Positions 27,633 to 41,394 of a stretch of DNA of 64,000 bases are shown here, piece by piece (position 1 is the stretch's first letter; each line of letters starts with the position of its first letter). Made by a program: the position numbers and the translations under genes. This DNA is from Octopus vulgaris (Eukaryota), in NCBI GenBank assembly GCA_951406725.2, contig OX597822.1, positions 45,508,001 through 45,572,000 on the forward strand, in the 5' to 3' direction. A model generated the notes under the pieces. The model worked only from the letters and a program-made list of their open reading frames with translations. It was not told the DNA's origin and ran no database searches.

Positions 27633-28172
27633 GTTCAACTGAGAGGACAAATACTGAACAATATTGATGGCGCCAACTTTGTAGCCGAAAACTGTTGGGT
27701 TTACAGCCGGAACAGTTTTTACCAATTCTTGCATAACGGTTGCGGTGATGGAGTTGTATTCCCATCAAACATCGGATTTATCTCAAACTACGGAACTATC
27801 AAAAGCCCTTTCTTTGAAGTTTTCCGACTACGTGATAGCAACAGACTTTGGTTCCAGTGTATTGTGAAATTCTGTGACAATGTCTGTCCCAGAAAGATGT
27901 GTCTATGGAGGAAACTAACGAAAAATTCTAGAAATGAAGTTCGTCGAAAATTGATATTCAAAGATAATTTCACGCATACTGCACTAAATAGTCGTTATTC
28001 TATGCAGAGCGAAGTATTTTACGTGAATGACCCATCTCAACCCAAGTCACTTCCGGTTGTACAGAGTCGAATAAGAAACAACTCCAGCGTTGAGTTATGG
28101 CGAGGAAATATTCATCTGCTATTGGTTGTTTACTCAGTATATTACAGTCTTCTTTTAGTAATAACCTTTTAA
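27633..28172 (+). CDS. ZP-domain protein, last coding exon (ZP-C, basic cleavage site, hydrophobic tail)
   Basis: TATTCAG acceptor, phase 0. NCW...FLHNGCGDGVVFP..GF...KSPFFEVF...FQCIVKFCDNVC..MC matches the molluscan VEZP/EGF-ZP ZP-C signature; VRRK basic site, EHP-like QSEVFYV, C-terminal hydrophobic segment; AATAAA at ~28569. Confidence 0.85.
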   Translation, partial: VQLRGQILNNIDGANFVAENCWVYSRNSFYQFLHNGCGDGVVFPSNIGFISNYGTIKSPFFEVFRLRDSNRLWFQCIVKFCDNVCPRKMCLWRKLTKNSRNEVRRKLIFKDNFTHTALNSRYSMQSEVFYVNDPSQPKSLPVVQSRIRNNSSVELWRGNIHLLLVVYSVYYSLLLVITF

Positions 28173-29375
28173 ATGAACTGTCAAAGACAAGTAAACCATT
28201 TCCAAATGTTGTAGATTCCTGTGAAGGTGTTCGGTACAGAACAACTTAAAACGTAGTCGTCTTCTGCCCTAGACAATTCTGTCGGTTGAAGAACATACAA
28301 GAAAATTCTACGTATAACACAACAAACACACACATACACACTCCCTCTCTCACGCACATACTTTCTACTCAATAATAACAAATATGGCTGCGGTTTTATC
28401 GATAAAACCGCAGCCATTTTGTAGACGTCTTTCACACGATTGATCTCTTGTTAGACAGTGTTAAGCAACAGCCAATTGCTGCGATAAAGGTTATTTAAGC
28501 CTAAGAATTATTCATTTACCGATTACTATTTATTTAGATGTTCCAATTTTCTCTCAAGTTAATCTTAAAATAAATATGTAAATAACCAACTTCAGACGTT
28601 AGTCGTTAAGTGTTTTTTGCCAAGGAGCAATGTGGGTGTTCTGTTTTGTTAATGCAGTAAAGTTTACTTTCGATATTCTTGTAATTGTACAAAATACCAG
28701 AATAGTTTATTCTATATCTTTTTTGTTTATTTAATTCCGATATTTATTTGTTCTTGCACTCGTTCATGCTGTCAGACATTTTTTTTTTATCGCTGGCGTG
28801 TGATTCTTTAGTTTGAAACACTTTTAGCTTACAATTGGTTTTGATTTTTTTTCCCCAGATCTCTCTGAATTCGAACTATTTAATCAGTATTTTCTGTATA
28901 AAGTGAGGTTGGAAAGACAGCAATTTTATGGAGCAGGAATCGAATGCTTTTCATTTTGACTGTGAATTTAAAAAGCTCGCTTGGTATCCATGTGATTTCA
29001 GTTTCAGTCTCACTGCGCGGCACCTTGGGATGATAACATCTACTCTAGCTCCGGGACAGTCAAAATTTTGTGAGTGAATTATGAAGACGCAAACGGTGGG
29101 AACAGTGTGTTTTTGTCTCTACTCCGCTTGACGACCGATGATGGTTCCCGTACGTTCCCGTAACGTAGCAGTACGTTTTAAGAGTCCGATAGAATAAGTA
29201 CCAGACTTTAAAAAATTAGTTCTGAATTGAATTTGCACGATTAAAATCCTTCAAAGTAGTGCCCCACCATGGCCATAGTCCAGTGACTGAAACAAGCGAG
29301 ACAAAATATCTCACGTGTGTGTGTGTGCGTGTGTATAAACACACACACCATATGTGCCTAATTGTGTGTATGTAT

Positions 29376-29423
<48 letters not shown>

Positions 29424-31409
29424 CTGTCTTCTCTCAGTTTCCGTCTACCAAATTCACTTACAGGGTTTTGGTCGTTCTAAGCTTATATTAGAAGAGAATT
29501 TCCTAAAGTGCCACGCAGTGGGATTGAAACCTAAACCCCGTGGTTGCAATTTTAATTTCTTAACCACACAGCCATGCTTGTGCATGGATTATTTATAAAA
29601 ATCAAAATTGCGATTCACAAAAATGTTCATTTCGCAATTATCTCCCTTTTTATGCTATTTTGCTGCTTTAAAAGTTCTTCACGGCGAAGCTGATTTCTTT
29701 TCACACAACAGACGTCTTTATTCACGCGTTAAGTGGTAAATTTTGTAATAATTGTATCTCTCATAACACGAACCGTCTATACAGAGTATGACGTCATTAT
29801 CCGGCTGAAGGAAGTCGACTCAATTTTAGTTTCTCTGTCAATTTCATTTTAATTTTACTCACACAAGACTACAGGGAAGTTATTGAACGTCACAACGTAT
29901 AGTTTCACTCAGCTCAGCTTTGTATAAAATTAAAACAATTCATTAACAATCCTCGTACCTTCCTATTGACATTAGTAGCGAGAACTGAAATAACTTAAGC
30001 CAGGAGCTGAAGTGCTGGCGCTGTTTCATCTTCCTCGTTTATGAGCCAACGAGGAAGCCTGTATGCCAGTGATTCCGAAAGTGAGCAATACTGCTCCCTT
30101 AGGGGCGGTGGAAAGATACAGAGGGGCATTGAAGAAAATCGGGGTGATAATGGGGTGGCCAAAAAGGTGTTAGGTGTAAAAAAAAAAAAAAAACTTTAAA
30201 AAATTCTGGAATACAGTTGTTCTGAATTTGCTGCAGGAAGTGGTCTGTGATGGTGAGTGGGGAAGAGCGCTAGGAAGGTGGCTTTATGCTGTCTCTCGAT
30301 TTGCTAAAAACAGTAATCAAATCACATTCGACTTAAAGGTAAGGGCATTTTGTGCGATGTACTCTTACATAGGCAAAGATGGGATGATCACGGCTGGAAT
30401 ACCTTTGACCATATGTCTACTGGGTCAAAACTGTTCTCGGAATAAACAACCACCGTCCTACTTGTTACATATTATAACACTTTATATTGTTTTAAATACA
30501 CGACCAAAGCTGAATTTACTGCAGCAGATTTGATTGGCTACCCCGTCAGTTTTCATTAAGTGTGCGTCTGCCAATTGTGAACCAGTTTAGGAACCTCTAC
30601 ACAGTCGCTTGACCAGCTGAAAATATGTCGTTTGTATGATGTCATAAGACACGTTGGAGAGTGTATTTCTAGATATAAGATGCATACAAAAAAAGTAAAT
30701 AAACACTGTCCTTAAGGAAATTTTCAATAAACAGGTCACATTGGAGTATGTATTCCGAGATACACTGTTTAAAAAGAGCAAGTACATGATTGACACCATC
30801 CTTAAGGAAACTTTCGATGCACACAACATATCCTGGTTCGTAACAAATACAGATAACACCAGAGGAGACGCCATAGCATCATAACTGAAACCCCATTCAC
30901 CTCATAAATAATCGATACATCCGCGCATTCCGCGTATCAAACTAACACATCTAGATACAAACTAGCAAAAGCTCACCTCCGCCCATCATCATTATCAGCT
31001 CAACATAACAATACATTGATGAATAAAATACATTTGCAATGTTCCAAACGAAAGAACTCGATAAAATCGATTCTACCAAGAGACTGCATAATGATTCACA
31101 GACATAACTCTACAATGACATAAATACTTCATAGTTATTAAACATAGACATGGCCGTTGCTTGGTCTTTAAAAAAAAAACCTATAATCCTCATCGAATAA
31201 CTTGGCTAATGTAATATATAATCCAGGATAACCACAAATATCTCATCTTGTTCCGTTCACTGGACTGCAGCCATACTGGGGTATTGCTTAGAAGGGTTTC
31301 GTCCACCAGATCGATCTAGTATTTATTTTTAAGCTTGGTACTTATCGGTTTCTTTTGCCGAACCGCTAGTTTACTGTTGCCAGGCAGTAGTGGGAGACAA
31401 ATACACACA

Positions 31410-31752
31410 TTATTAGACTGCAGCCATGTTGGGGCACTGCCTTGAAGAATTTTAATCGACCACAGTACTTATTTTTTTAAAAGCTTGGTACATATTCTAT
31501 CAGTCTCTTTTGCCGAACGGCTATGTTACGGGGATATAAACACAACCCAGGTTGTCAAGCGGTGGTGGGAGACCCACACACACATACAAACTGTTCTGAC
31601 GGGCTTCTTTCAGTTGCCGTCCACCAAAACCACACACAAGGCTTTGGTCAGCCCGAAGTTACAGTAGAAGACACTTTCCCAAGGTGCCACACAGTGGGAC
31701 TGAACCTAGAACCATGTAGAGAAGGAAACTTCTTACCATACAGTTACGCTTG
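31410..31752 (-). mobile_element. SINE family A
   Basis: Matches family A consensus; further fragments adjacent. Confidence 0.65.
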
Positions 31753-32050
31753 TGCTGGGACTTGCCCATAGCTTCTATCCATTAAATTCACTTGCCAGAC
31801 ATTGGTCGGCTTAGAAGACACTTATCAACGGTGCCACGCAACGAGACTGAACCACGTGGGTGGGGAGCGAGCTTCTTCACCACACAGCTCCCCCTATCGA
31901 CTATTTTCAAGATCTGGACACTTTATATACTAACAATACTCATTGCTGGGAGCTAAACATTAGAAGCTACCCTATATGGAATTCCTCTCTCTTTCTCTCT
32001 ATCTCTCTCTCTCTTCACTATCCTTCGTAGAAAGTTGGAGTAGGAATACC

Positions 32051-32280
32051 TATTTCTTTACTACCCACAAGGGGCTAAACACAGAGAGGAAAAACAAGGA
32101 CAGACAAACGGATTAAGTCGATTACATCGACCCCAGTGCGTAACTGGTACTTAATTTATCGACCCCGAAAGGATGAGGCAAAGTCGACCTCGGCGGAATT
32201 TGAACTCAGAACGTAACGGCAGACGAAATACGGTTACGCATTTCGCCCGGCTTGCTAACGTTTCTGCCAGCTCGCCGCCT
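32051..32280 (-). mobile_element. SINE family C, full length with 16-bp TSD
   Basis: TSD TTGGAGTA(G/T)GAATACC at 32035-32050 and 32281-32296. Confidence 0.9.
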
Positions 32281-32464
32281 TTGGAGTATGAATACCACAC
32301 AGTGGCGTGGTCTACAGATTTCTGTTCATGCTATACGTAGCGATTCGGCAAAGAGACCAGTAGAATAAGTGCCAAGCTTTCAAAAGAAATAAGTACTGGT
32401 GTCGAATTGCCCCAGCAAGGCCGCAGTCCGATGACCAAAAATTGACCATAAGATTCTGTATAAG

Positions 32465-32526
<62 letters not shown>

Positions 32527-32621
32527 GCATGTGTACATGTGTGGGTACCCATATGTGTGCATATGTATATGTGTGTCTGTATGGATGCATGTGTAAATGT
32601 GTGTGTTATGTATGTGTATGG

Positions 32622-32977
32622 TGGAGGCGTGATGGCCCAGTGGTTATGGCGGCGGACTCGCGGTCGTAGGATCGCGGTTTTGTTGTGAGTGTTTATTAAG
32701 CGAAAATACCTAAAGTTCCACGCGGCTCCGGCAGAGCATGGTGGCGAACCCTGCTGTACTCTTTCACCAAAACTATCTCACGCTCTTTCTTCCTGTTTCT
32801 GTTGTACCTTCATTTCAAAGGGCCAGCCTTGTCACACTCTGTATCACACTGAATCTCCCTGAGAGCTAGGTTAAGGGTACACGTGTCTGTGGAGTGCTCA
32901 GCCATTTGCATATTAATTTCACGCCAGGCTGTTCCGTTGATCGGGTCAACTGGAACCCTTGTCGACGGAGTGCCACG
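32622..32977 (+). mobile_element. SINE with family D head/body and family B tail
   Basis: 5' part matches 14903-15075; 3' part matches 830-1014. Confidence 0.75.
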
Positions 32978-33480
32978 ATATGTGTATGTAAAATGTATGT
33001 ATGTATGTATATGTATGCAAATATATGCATGTATATGTATATATATGCGTATATGTATGCATATGTCTATGTATGTATGCATTTGCATGTGTGTATATAT
33101 ATGCATATACGCAAGTGTATATATAAATATACGTGTGTGTATTTGTGTATATAATATACAGCGTAGGCACGAAACGTATGACTTTCTCACTTCCCGAGCA
33201 TTAAACTAATACATCTGTTTGTTGTTTACACACCCGTCTTCATCTTTTGTTACTTTTGTAAATTCTCACTATGTATATATGTATATATATATGTGTGTGT
33301 GTGTGCGTATACTATATACGTGTATATATATACATACGTGTGTGCGTATACTATATGCGTATATATATACATACGTGTGTATATGTATATATATAAATGT
33401 GTTTGTATATGTGTGTGTGTGTATATATATATATATAAATGTTTGTATATGTATGTATATGTATAAATATAAAATATTTG

Positions 33481-33511
<31 letters not shown>

Positions 33512-34500
33512 AGTAAGAAAGGGGGGAAAGAGCTAATACAGTAGGGACATTGACACTTTGGTATAATGTGTGCGCGAAGATAAATATCCTATCAATGAAT
33601 GCTAATAATATTTGTGGTTGGCAACTTGGCCGCGCTAAAAATGTCACGCTGCCATTGTATACAATTAATTAATGTTACTTCTGAAATTAATTGATAGTTA
33701 AACAACATTATTGTTATTTATAACCTATTTATTGCAAACATACAAATAAGAACGTTGTCTTAATTATATTTTAATACTCTTGTTTTGAAAATTATTTTCG
33801 CTTAATTAATTTTTCATCTATGTGCCCCATGGAATTTGAAAAATGTATGAATTATTGCTCATATTTCCTTTACTACTGTAAGTCGTTGAACTGTGGCAGT
33901 GCTGGAGCACCGCCTTGAAGGGTTTTACTCGAATAAATCAATTCTAGTATTTTTTCCTTTTTTTTTTCTTTGTTAGGTCAGGTATTTAATCATGTTTCGT
34001 TTGCCGAACTCTAAGGTTACGGGGGCGTATATGAACCAGCATCGGCAGTCAAGCAATGGGGATAGAAACACACATATGCACGAGTGTACGCGCATACATG
34101 CTAGGCTTCCGTGCAGTTTCCATCCACCAAATTCACTTGGAAGGCATCGGTAAAAGACATTAGCCCAAGATGTCACGCTGGGGAATTGAACACAAAACGA
34201 TGTGGTTGCCAAGCAAATCTCTTAAAAACAGCCATGCTTGTGTCTGCACACACACACACACACTTACATACACACACATACATATACACACACACACACA
34301 TGTATATATATTCTTTATTCTTTTACTTGTTTCAGTCATTTGGCTGCGGCCATACTGGAGCACTGCCTCAAAGGGTTTTAGTCGAACAAATCGACCCCAG
34401 TACTTATTTTTTAAGCTTAGTACTTATTCTATCGGTTTCTTTTGCCAAACCGCTCGATTATGGGGACATAAGCACACCAACACCGGTTGTCAAGCAGTGA

Positions 34501-34711
34501 GCTGGCAGAAACGTTAGCACGCCGGGCGAAATTTCGTCTGCCGCTACGTTCTGAGTTCAAATTCCGCCGAGGTCGACTTTGCCTTTCATCCTTTCGGGGT
34601 CGATTAAATAAGTACCTGTTAAGCACTGGGGTCGATATAATGAACTAAATCCGTTTGTCTGTCCTTGTTTGTCCTCTCTGTGTTTAGCCCCTTGTGGGTA
34701 GTAAAGAAATA
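34501..34711 (+). mobile_element. SINE family C nested in a family A SINE (34320-34820), 16-bp TSD
   Basis: Perfect TSD GGTTGTCAAGCAGTGA at 34485-34500 and 34712-34727. Confidence 0.9.
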
Positions 34712-35103
34712 GGTTGTCAAGCAGTGATGAAGGGGTAAACAGATACAATCAGATACACGCACATACACACATACACACACATATATGTATACACACGACA
34801 CGCTTCTTTCAGTTTACGTCTATTAATTTTTAGGCGTGAAAATGCTTATTTTATCGCAGAAATAATTGAAATCTAAAAATATATAAATACCTATCGGCCG
34901 CAGAAACCCGTGATATACTGAGGAGTCCACGATATAAATTTACATATATTAGCCAGAGAAATCCGCGATATACTGAGGATGCGATAGGTGAACCGCGATA
35001 TGGCGAGTGGTTATTGCATTGTAGAAGTATAACTAATATGTTTCATTACGTTTATCAATTTGTGTTGCAAGATACCTGATGTGAAATCATGTGTTGAAAC
35101 ATC

Positions 35104-35300
35104 TTGTATTTCAGGACGGTCATTTTCTTTTTTCTTTTTTTCTTTTTTTTTTGCCCAATAAACACACGCACTATGTTTGTTCTTCACTCGTGGACAATGG
35201 ACATGAGTTGAAATATGAATAATAATAAATGAGTGAAGAACAAATATATTGTGCGTGTGTTTATTTGGCAAAAAAAAATAATGACCGTCCCGAAATACAA
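35104..35300. repeat. Inverted repeat/hairpin, ~70-85 bp arms
   Basis: TTGTATTTCAGGACGGTCATT...GTTCTTCACTC / GAGTGAAGAAC...AATGACCGTCCCGAAATACAA. Confidence 0.8.
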
Positions 35301-35351
35301 CAATACAATATATTTCGCATAAACTTTAACTACAAAATCTTAAATGAACGC

Positions 35352-35458
35352 CCAAGGGTCATCTGGACCAAGGGTCATCTGGACCAAGGGTCATCTGGAC
35401 CAAGGGTCATCTGGACCAAGGGTCATCTGGACCAAGGGTCATCTGGACCAAGGGTCAT
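35352..35458 (+). repeat. Perfect 16-bp minisatellite, 6.7 copies
   Basis: (CCAAGGGTCATCTGGA)n. Confidence 0.95.
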
Positions 35459-35782
35459 GAGAATCACTAATGTAGACGATCACTTTTAACAGCACTGCCA
35501 CCAACCTATAGCTCCAGTGTGACCTCTATGGCACTAACAACATCAACATTTAAAAAACTGACACTACTAGAACAAGCACCAGACCTAAACGGGATAAACT
35601 ACCTATTCGGCTATTCAAATGGTAGGATCTACATAGACGCACATTTCTTTGACTGTATCCTTCTGAAGATGGGCCTTTGCGCCTGAAATATAGAAAGGTT
35701 TCTCAACTTCTCTGCGTTGTTAGAAGATTTCCTCATTTCCTTCTTCGTTTATTATTCGACACGAAAGATCATTTTATGGTAC

Positions 35783-36046
35783 TGTTTATTTTCCAACGTA
35801 AAGTAGCCGTCCTAGTTAGGATGAATGTTACTGCTATTTAACCCCAGGGGAAAAAATCTCCAGCTGGCTAACAACGCACTAAATGCGTCTTTATAGTTTC
35901 GAACAAAGGAGCTAGTGTCCCCACTCAGCTCAAAGCAATATCTGTGAATCAATGTTTGTATTTTGCCAAAGATTTTTTTTCCTGGGGCTAAATAGCAGTA
36001 ACATTCGTCCTAACCAGGATTACCACTTTACGTTGGCAAATAAACA
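35783..36046. mobile_element. MITE with ~75-bp terminal inverted repeats
   Basis: TGTTTATTTTCCAACGTAAAGT...CCCCAGGGGAAAAAATCT / AGATTTTTTTTCCTGGGG...ACTTTACGTTGGCAAATAAACA. Confidence 0.75.
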
Positions 36047-36142
36047 TTACTCTACAGTACTGTTGGTGTGTTTCTCGTTCAGAGATTTAGAACTAATAGT
36101 TTTTCTATTTATTTTATGGTGCATTTTCTTTTTCATGGATAT

Positions 36143-36325
36143 AGGCGCAGGCGAGGCTGTGTGGTAAGAAGTTTGCTTCCCAACCACATTGTTCCGGTTT
36201 CAATACCCCTGCGCGGTTTCTTGGGCTAATGTTTTCTTCTGTAGCCTCAGCTGACCAGAGCCTTATGACTGTATTTGGTGAATGGAAACTGAGAGAAACC
36301 CATCACACACACTAATATATATATA

Positions 36326-36357
<32 letters not shown>

Positions 36358-36708
36358 CTTGGGTAGGATAAAAAAAAAGTACTCCATCCAGTAAGAGATA
36401 TTATTGTTCCCAACATACAGTTACAAGCTACCAATAGTTTCATGCGTTAGAGATGTAGTATTGGCAATCTCGTAACTATATACTATGTACGTTAAATGGC
36501 GTGTGTTTGTGTCTGTGTTTTCCCCGCCACTGCTTGACCACCAGTGTTATTGTTCACATCCCTGTAACTTAGCGGTTCAGCAAAAGAGGCCGATAGCATA
36601 ATTAACAGGCTTAGAAAAAAAAATACTAGGGTGATTCATTCGATTAAAATTCTCCAAATTAATACCCTAGCATGGCTGCAGTCCTATGACTGAAACAAGT
36701 AAAAGATT
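36143..36708 (+). mobile_element. SINE family A with extra sequence in its internal microsatellite
   Basis: Head at 36143-36305, tail at 36500-36708. Confidence 0.7.
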
Positions 36709-37200
36709 TTCTTTTAATATATTTTATTCATTCCGTTTATTTATTTTACACAGACAGTGATCATAGCCTTGCCTAAGTTCTAATTAGTTGTTGACCACCC
36801 AGAGCTAATAAAAGCCTCAATTAGATTAATTAGGCTGTACTTTGTAAAGTTCTTCAATACCTTTTTACTCTGTATGTGTGTGCGAGCGAGAGAATAGAAT
36901 ATTTAATGTCTCCTGAGTAGTAAAATGTAAAACTATATTCTGTCACAGAGCTAAATGAATAGTCTACAAAGAAACACATATACTATACGTGCGTGTATGA
37001 ATCTTTTACTCGTTTCAGTCTACGCCCATGCTGGGGCAGCGCCTGAAGAATTCTACTGAAACGAATAGACCCCTGTACTTATTATTTCTTGTAATACCTG
37101 GTGATTATTCTATCGGGTTCCTTTTGTCGAGCCGCTAAGTTACGGGAACGTAAACACACCAACACCTATTGTGAAGCAGTATAGTGAGGAACAGACACAT

Positions 37201-37251
<51 letters not shown>

Positions 37252-37839
37252 TATGTATCTTTAGTTTCAGACATTAGACTGCGGCCATGCTGGGGTACCG
37301 CTTTGAAGAATTTTAGTCGAACGCTTGGTATCCGGTGCTGGTTTGTTGTTTGTCCTTTCAAGAAACGTACTGGGGTCGATTCATTCAATTAAAAATTCTT
37401 CAAGGCGGTGTCCCAGCATGGCTGCAGTCTAATGACTGAAACAAGTAAATACGTCGGATATTGCAGCCCTTGGTTTTCTGTACATAATAAAAAACACAGG
37501 ACGGTCACGGTTAGAATGTCTTTGATCGTAAGTCTGTTCAAGCAATGTTGATTTGGGACTAAACAACAGCAACGAACCATTTCATAAAACAGGCTATAAT
37601 TTTAACCGTTCGTTCGTTTTGTGTTTGCCTTCATTTTGTTTTTGTTTTGTTGCATTTACATTTTTAATTTAATTTGTTAATTTAATTTTGTTTTTCATTT
37701 ATTTTGTCGCTAAATAAATTTCCATATCTGTTTTATTTAAATATTTATTTTAATCCAATATTTTAATTCATTTAAATATCTGTTCGAGTCAACTTGTCTA
37801 TTTAGCTTCAGAAAAATTAACATATTTTAATCTGAACTC

Positions 37840-38510
37840 CAACCAATAACACTAACGCCACCACCACTCCCACTGCTGCTACTACTACCGCTACCACCAC
37901 ACCACATTTTTCACCACCACCACAACATTGACCGCGTGGCGGCTCGTACACAAAAGCAACCACTACCACCGCAGCTCCTACAACGAAAACAACCACACCT
38001 ACTACTACTACAACACTGCCATCTCAGCCACTACTAACCACTATGTTTACTACCACTAAAACATCGCAACCACCACACAGTAATACTGCCATCACAATCA
38101 CCACAACTACTACCAAACTACAATCACTACTGCTCCTACTACTACAACTGCAATACGAATAACACGGCTACTACTGCTATTACTACTATTACAGAATAAA
38201 TACCACAACTATTCCTACTACTACTACCACCACCATAGCCACCACCTTTAAGACAACTACTTTTACTACCACCACTACTTCCAGACAACCACCACAGCCA
38301 CTTCTACTACTACTACTATTACTATTACCACGACTACTACTACCACCGTCAGCACCACTACTACTACCATTACCACCACCATTACTACTACCACCTCCAC
38401 CACTACTACTACCATCACCACCACTACTATTATTACCACCACACCATTACTACCACCACCACCACCACCACCACCACTACCATCACCACCACTACTACTA
38501 CTACTATCAT
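37840..38510 (+). repeat. Degenerate (ACT/ACC)n repeat
   Basis: Direct inspection. Confidence 0.85.
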
Positions 38511-38739
38511 TGCAACAAGTCTAATAAGAAGGCTGTTTCCGTATTTGCTGACGTCACCGCAAACAGAGAGCTTCTTAGTGGTTGTTCAAACTGCCAGAAA
38601 TAGCAGCCAAACCTCCTTCAAATCACTTCTTAGTGTTTGTTTTGCAAGCGGGCGGTCCCTAACCATCATTGCACCTCGAATCGGTTTCAAGCGGGACGAC
38701 TTTTTTTTTTTCACGGACCGGAAGATCATGCGCAAAACT

Positions 38740-39043
38740 GGTACTCCGTCGGTTAAGACGACGATAGTTCAAGTTGATCCGATCAACAGAACAGCCTACT
38801 TGTGATATTAACTGAGGCAGAGTATTTCACATACACGCGAATCCTTAACGTGATTCTCAGGGAGATTCAGAATGTGACAAGGCTGACCCTTTGGGTTACA
38901 GATACAACTCATTTCTGCCAGCTTAGTTGACCTGGAGCAACGTTGAATAAACTGTCTTGCTCAAGGACTCAACGCGCCGCCAGCAATCGAACCCACGACC
39001 TTACGATCGTGAGCCGAATACACCTAATCACTAAGCCACGCGC
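38740..39043 (-). mobile_element. SINE family B
   Basis: Reverse complement of the 709-1014 family. Confidence 0.7.
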
Positions 39044-39065
39044 CAAAACAAAACAAAACACAAAT

Positions 39066-39345
39066 TGCGGCCCATTACCAAATGATCTGTGTGGCCCGTT
39101 ACCAAATGATCCGTGCGGCCCGGTACCAAATGATCCGTGCGGCCCGGTACCAAATGACCCGTGCGGCCCGGTACCAAATGACCCGTGCGGCCCGGTACCA
39201 AATGACCCGTGCGGCCCGGTACCAAATGACCTGTGCGGCCCGGTACCAAATGACCTGTGCGGCCCGGTACCAAATGACCTGTGCGGCCCGGTACCAAATG
39301 ACCTGTGCGGCCCGATACCAAATGATCTGTGCGGCCCGTTACTAA
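39066..39345 (+). repeat. 24-bp GC-rich minisatellite, ~11.5 copies
   Basis: (TGCGGCCCGGTACCAAATGAYCYG)n. Confidence 0.95.
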
Positions 39346-40004
39346 GCGATTTGTAAGGCCCCATACGAGTCCGCGGCCTGATGATAAAACCACCTTGGAT
39401 AGTGTGACCCTGAAGTCACTACACATATAGCTGAAAGATGGGATGGCCACGATTGGAATGTTCTCGATTGTAAGCTTGTTCGATCAGGGTTGACTTGCAT
39501 CTAACCAAGAAAAACAACGACCAACACCAATGATGGAGCGTCAACGTGATAGATCGATCTGTTAAAAGCAACAGTTAAATTTTCCTCTAACCATATTATA
39601 CAATATTTTAAAGAAAGAGGGACATATTTGATTATGGAGTTCAAAATATAGAAAGCAAGATGGCTAGGTCACGGCCGGAAGTGAGCTTGGTTATAGCTGG
39701 GCTGTGGTTAAACCACAGCTGTAAGGTAATCAACAAACCTAACTACACCACAACGTCACTAATAAATATTATCACTACCCTCAGCAGCAGCATCATCACC
39801 ATCAACATTGTCATCTTTATCACCATCAGCAGCAGTATCGTCATTACTACCACCATAATCACCATCACCCTCAACGCCAGCTTCAGCGTCGACATCATTG
39901 CCATCGTCACCACCACCACTACCGTCGCCATCACCTCTTTCAACATCAGCAATGACTATATACTTTATTCATTAAACCAGCTACAATCACAACTGATGCC
40001 GGCA

Positions 40005-40006
40005 TG

Positions 40007-40060
<54 letters not shown>

Positions 40061-40423
40061 CACACACATATATATACACACACACACACACACATATATA
40101 TACACATATGTATATATATACACATATATATATATACATATGTATATATATATATATACATATGTATATATATATATACACATATATATAGATATATATA
40201 CATATGTATATATACACATATATAGATATATATACACACATATATATATATACACATATATACCTATATATATACATATATATATATACATATATATATA
40301 TACATATATATATATACATATATATACATATATATATACATATATATACACACATATATACATATATATATACATATATATACACACACATATATACATA
40401 TATATACATACACACACACACAC

Positions 40424-40470
<47 letters not shown>

Positions 40471-40492
40471 AGCATATACATATATACACACA
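40005..40492 (+). repeat. (TA)/(CA)/(TG) compound microsatellite
   Basis: Direct inspection. Confidence 0.9.
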
Positions 40493-40891
40493 CAGTACAC
40501 CAAATCAAATTTCGATGTTTACACACAATTTTCAGTTTCCCAAAGTTTTATTTGTTATTTATTTTCATTATGCATACGTACATATATGTATACAAACACA
40601 CACACAAACACATAGCCCTTTAAATTTGTCTGTATACGTGTTTTTTTTGTTTTAGTTTGTTCTTTTTCTTAGTTATTCATATTATGTTGTTTTTTTTGTT
40701 TATCTTAGAAAGTGTTTGTTTTTTATATTTGTTTTATACCAATTCATTATTGATAATTAAATTTCCTTCTTTTATGCTGATGTTCTCAAGTCTGTGTATG
40801 TATGTGTGTGTATTTGTGTATGTGTGTGGTAACTTGTGACCTGTAATTGAGGATGTTCTTATCTGTGACAATATCTTTACTAATTGGGCGA

Positions 40892-40931
<40 letters not shown>

Positions 40932-41103
40932 TACACGAGGGAGAGAGAGAGTGGATAATTTTTCTATTTGTAATGTATGTATATGTTCCAGATATGTCTA
41001 TGCTAATGTATGTTTTTTCATGTCTGTATACTGTGTGTGTGTATATATATATATATACACACACAAATATTTACAGGCAATTATACATCTAATATTTATA
41101 CAG

Positions 41104-41139
<36 letters not shown>

Positions 41140-41394
41140 GCACGTACTCACACACACACTTTCACTCCTCTCAAGGTTTACCCTACTTTACATGCAAAGT
41201 GTTTTTCTAGTTGCCATTTCGATAATCGCATTTGTTATTATTTATGTATAAAGGAAGTTTGAGCGGAGGAGGCGCGGGTGGCGGTGTGTTTACGTTTGAA
41301 GAAAGTTCGGGGGTGGTTGGCAGGTAGGAGAGGCTGTAGAATGGCGAATTAAATGTGCTTCAGCATTAACTTTCATCATTCCGACTTCCGAAGA

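Noticed and set aside
29789-29796. Isolated CRE TGACGTCA
   Set aside because: Single 8-mer with no supporting promoter cluster or downstream gene.
35352-39345. CRISPR-like appearance of short direct repeats (also 5281-5550)
   Set aside because: Head-to-tail units with no unique spacers, no cas genes, eukaryotic context.
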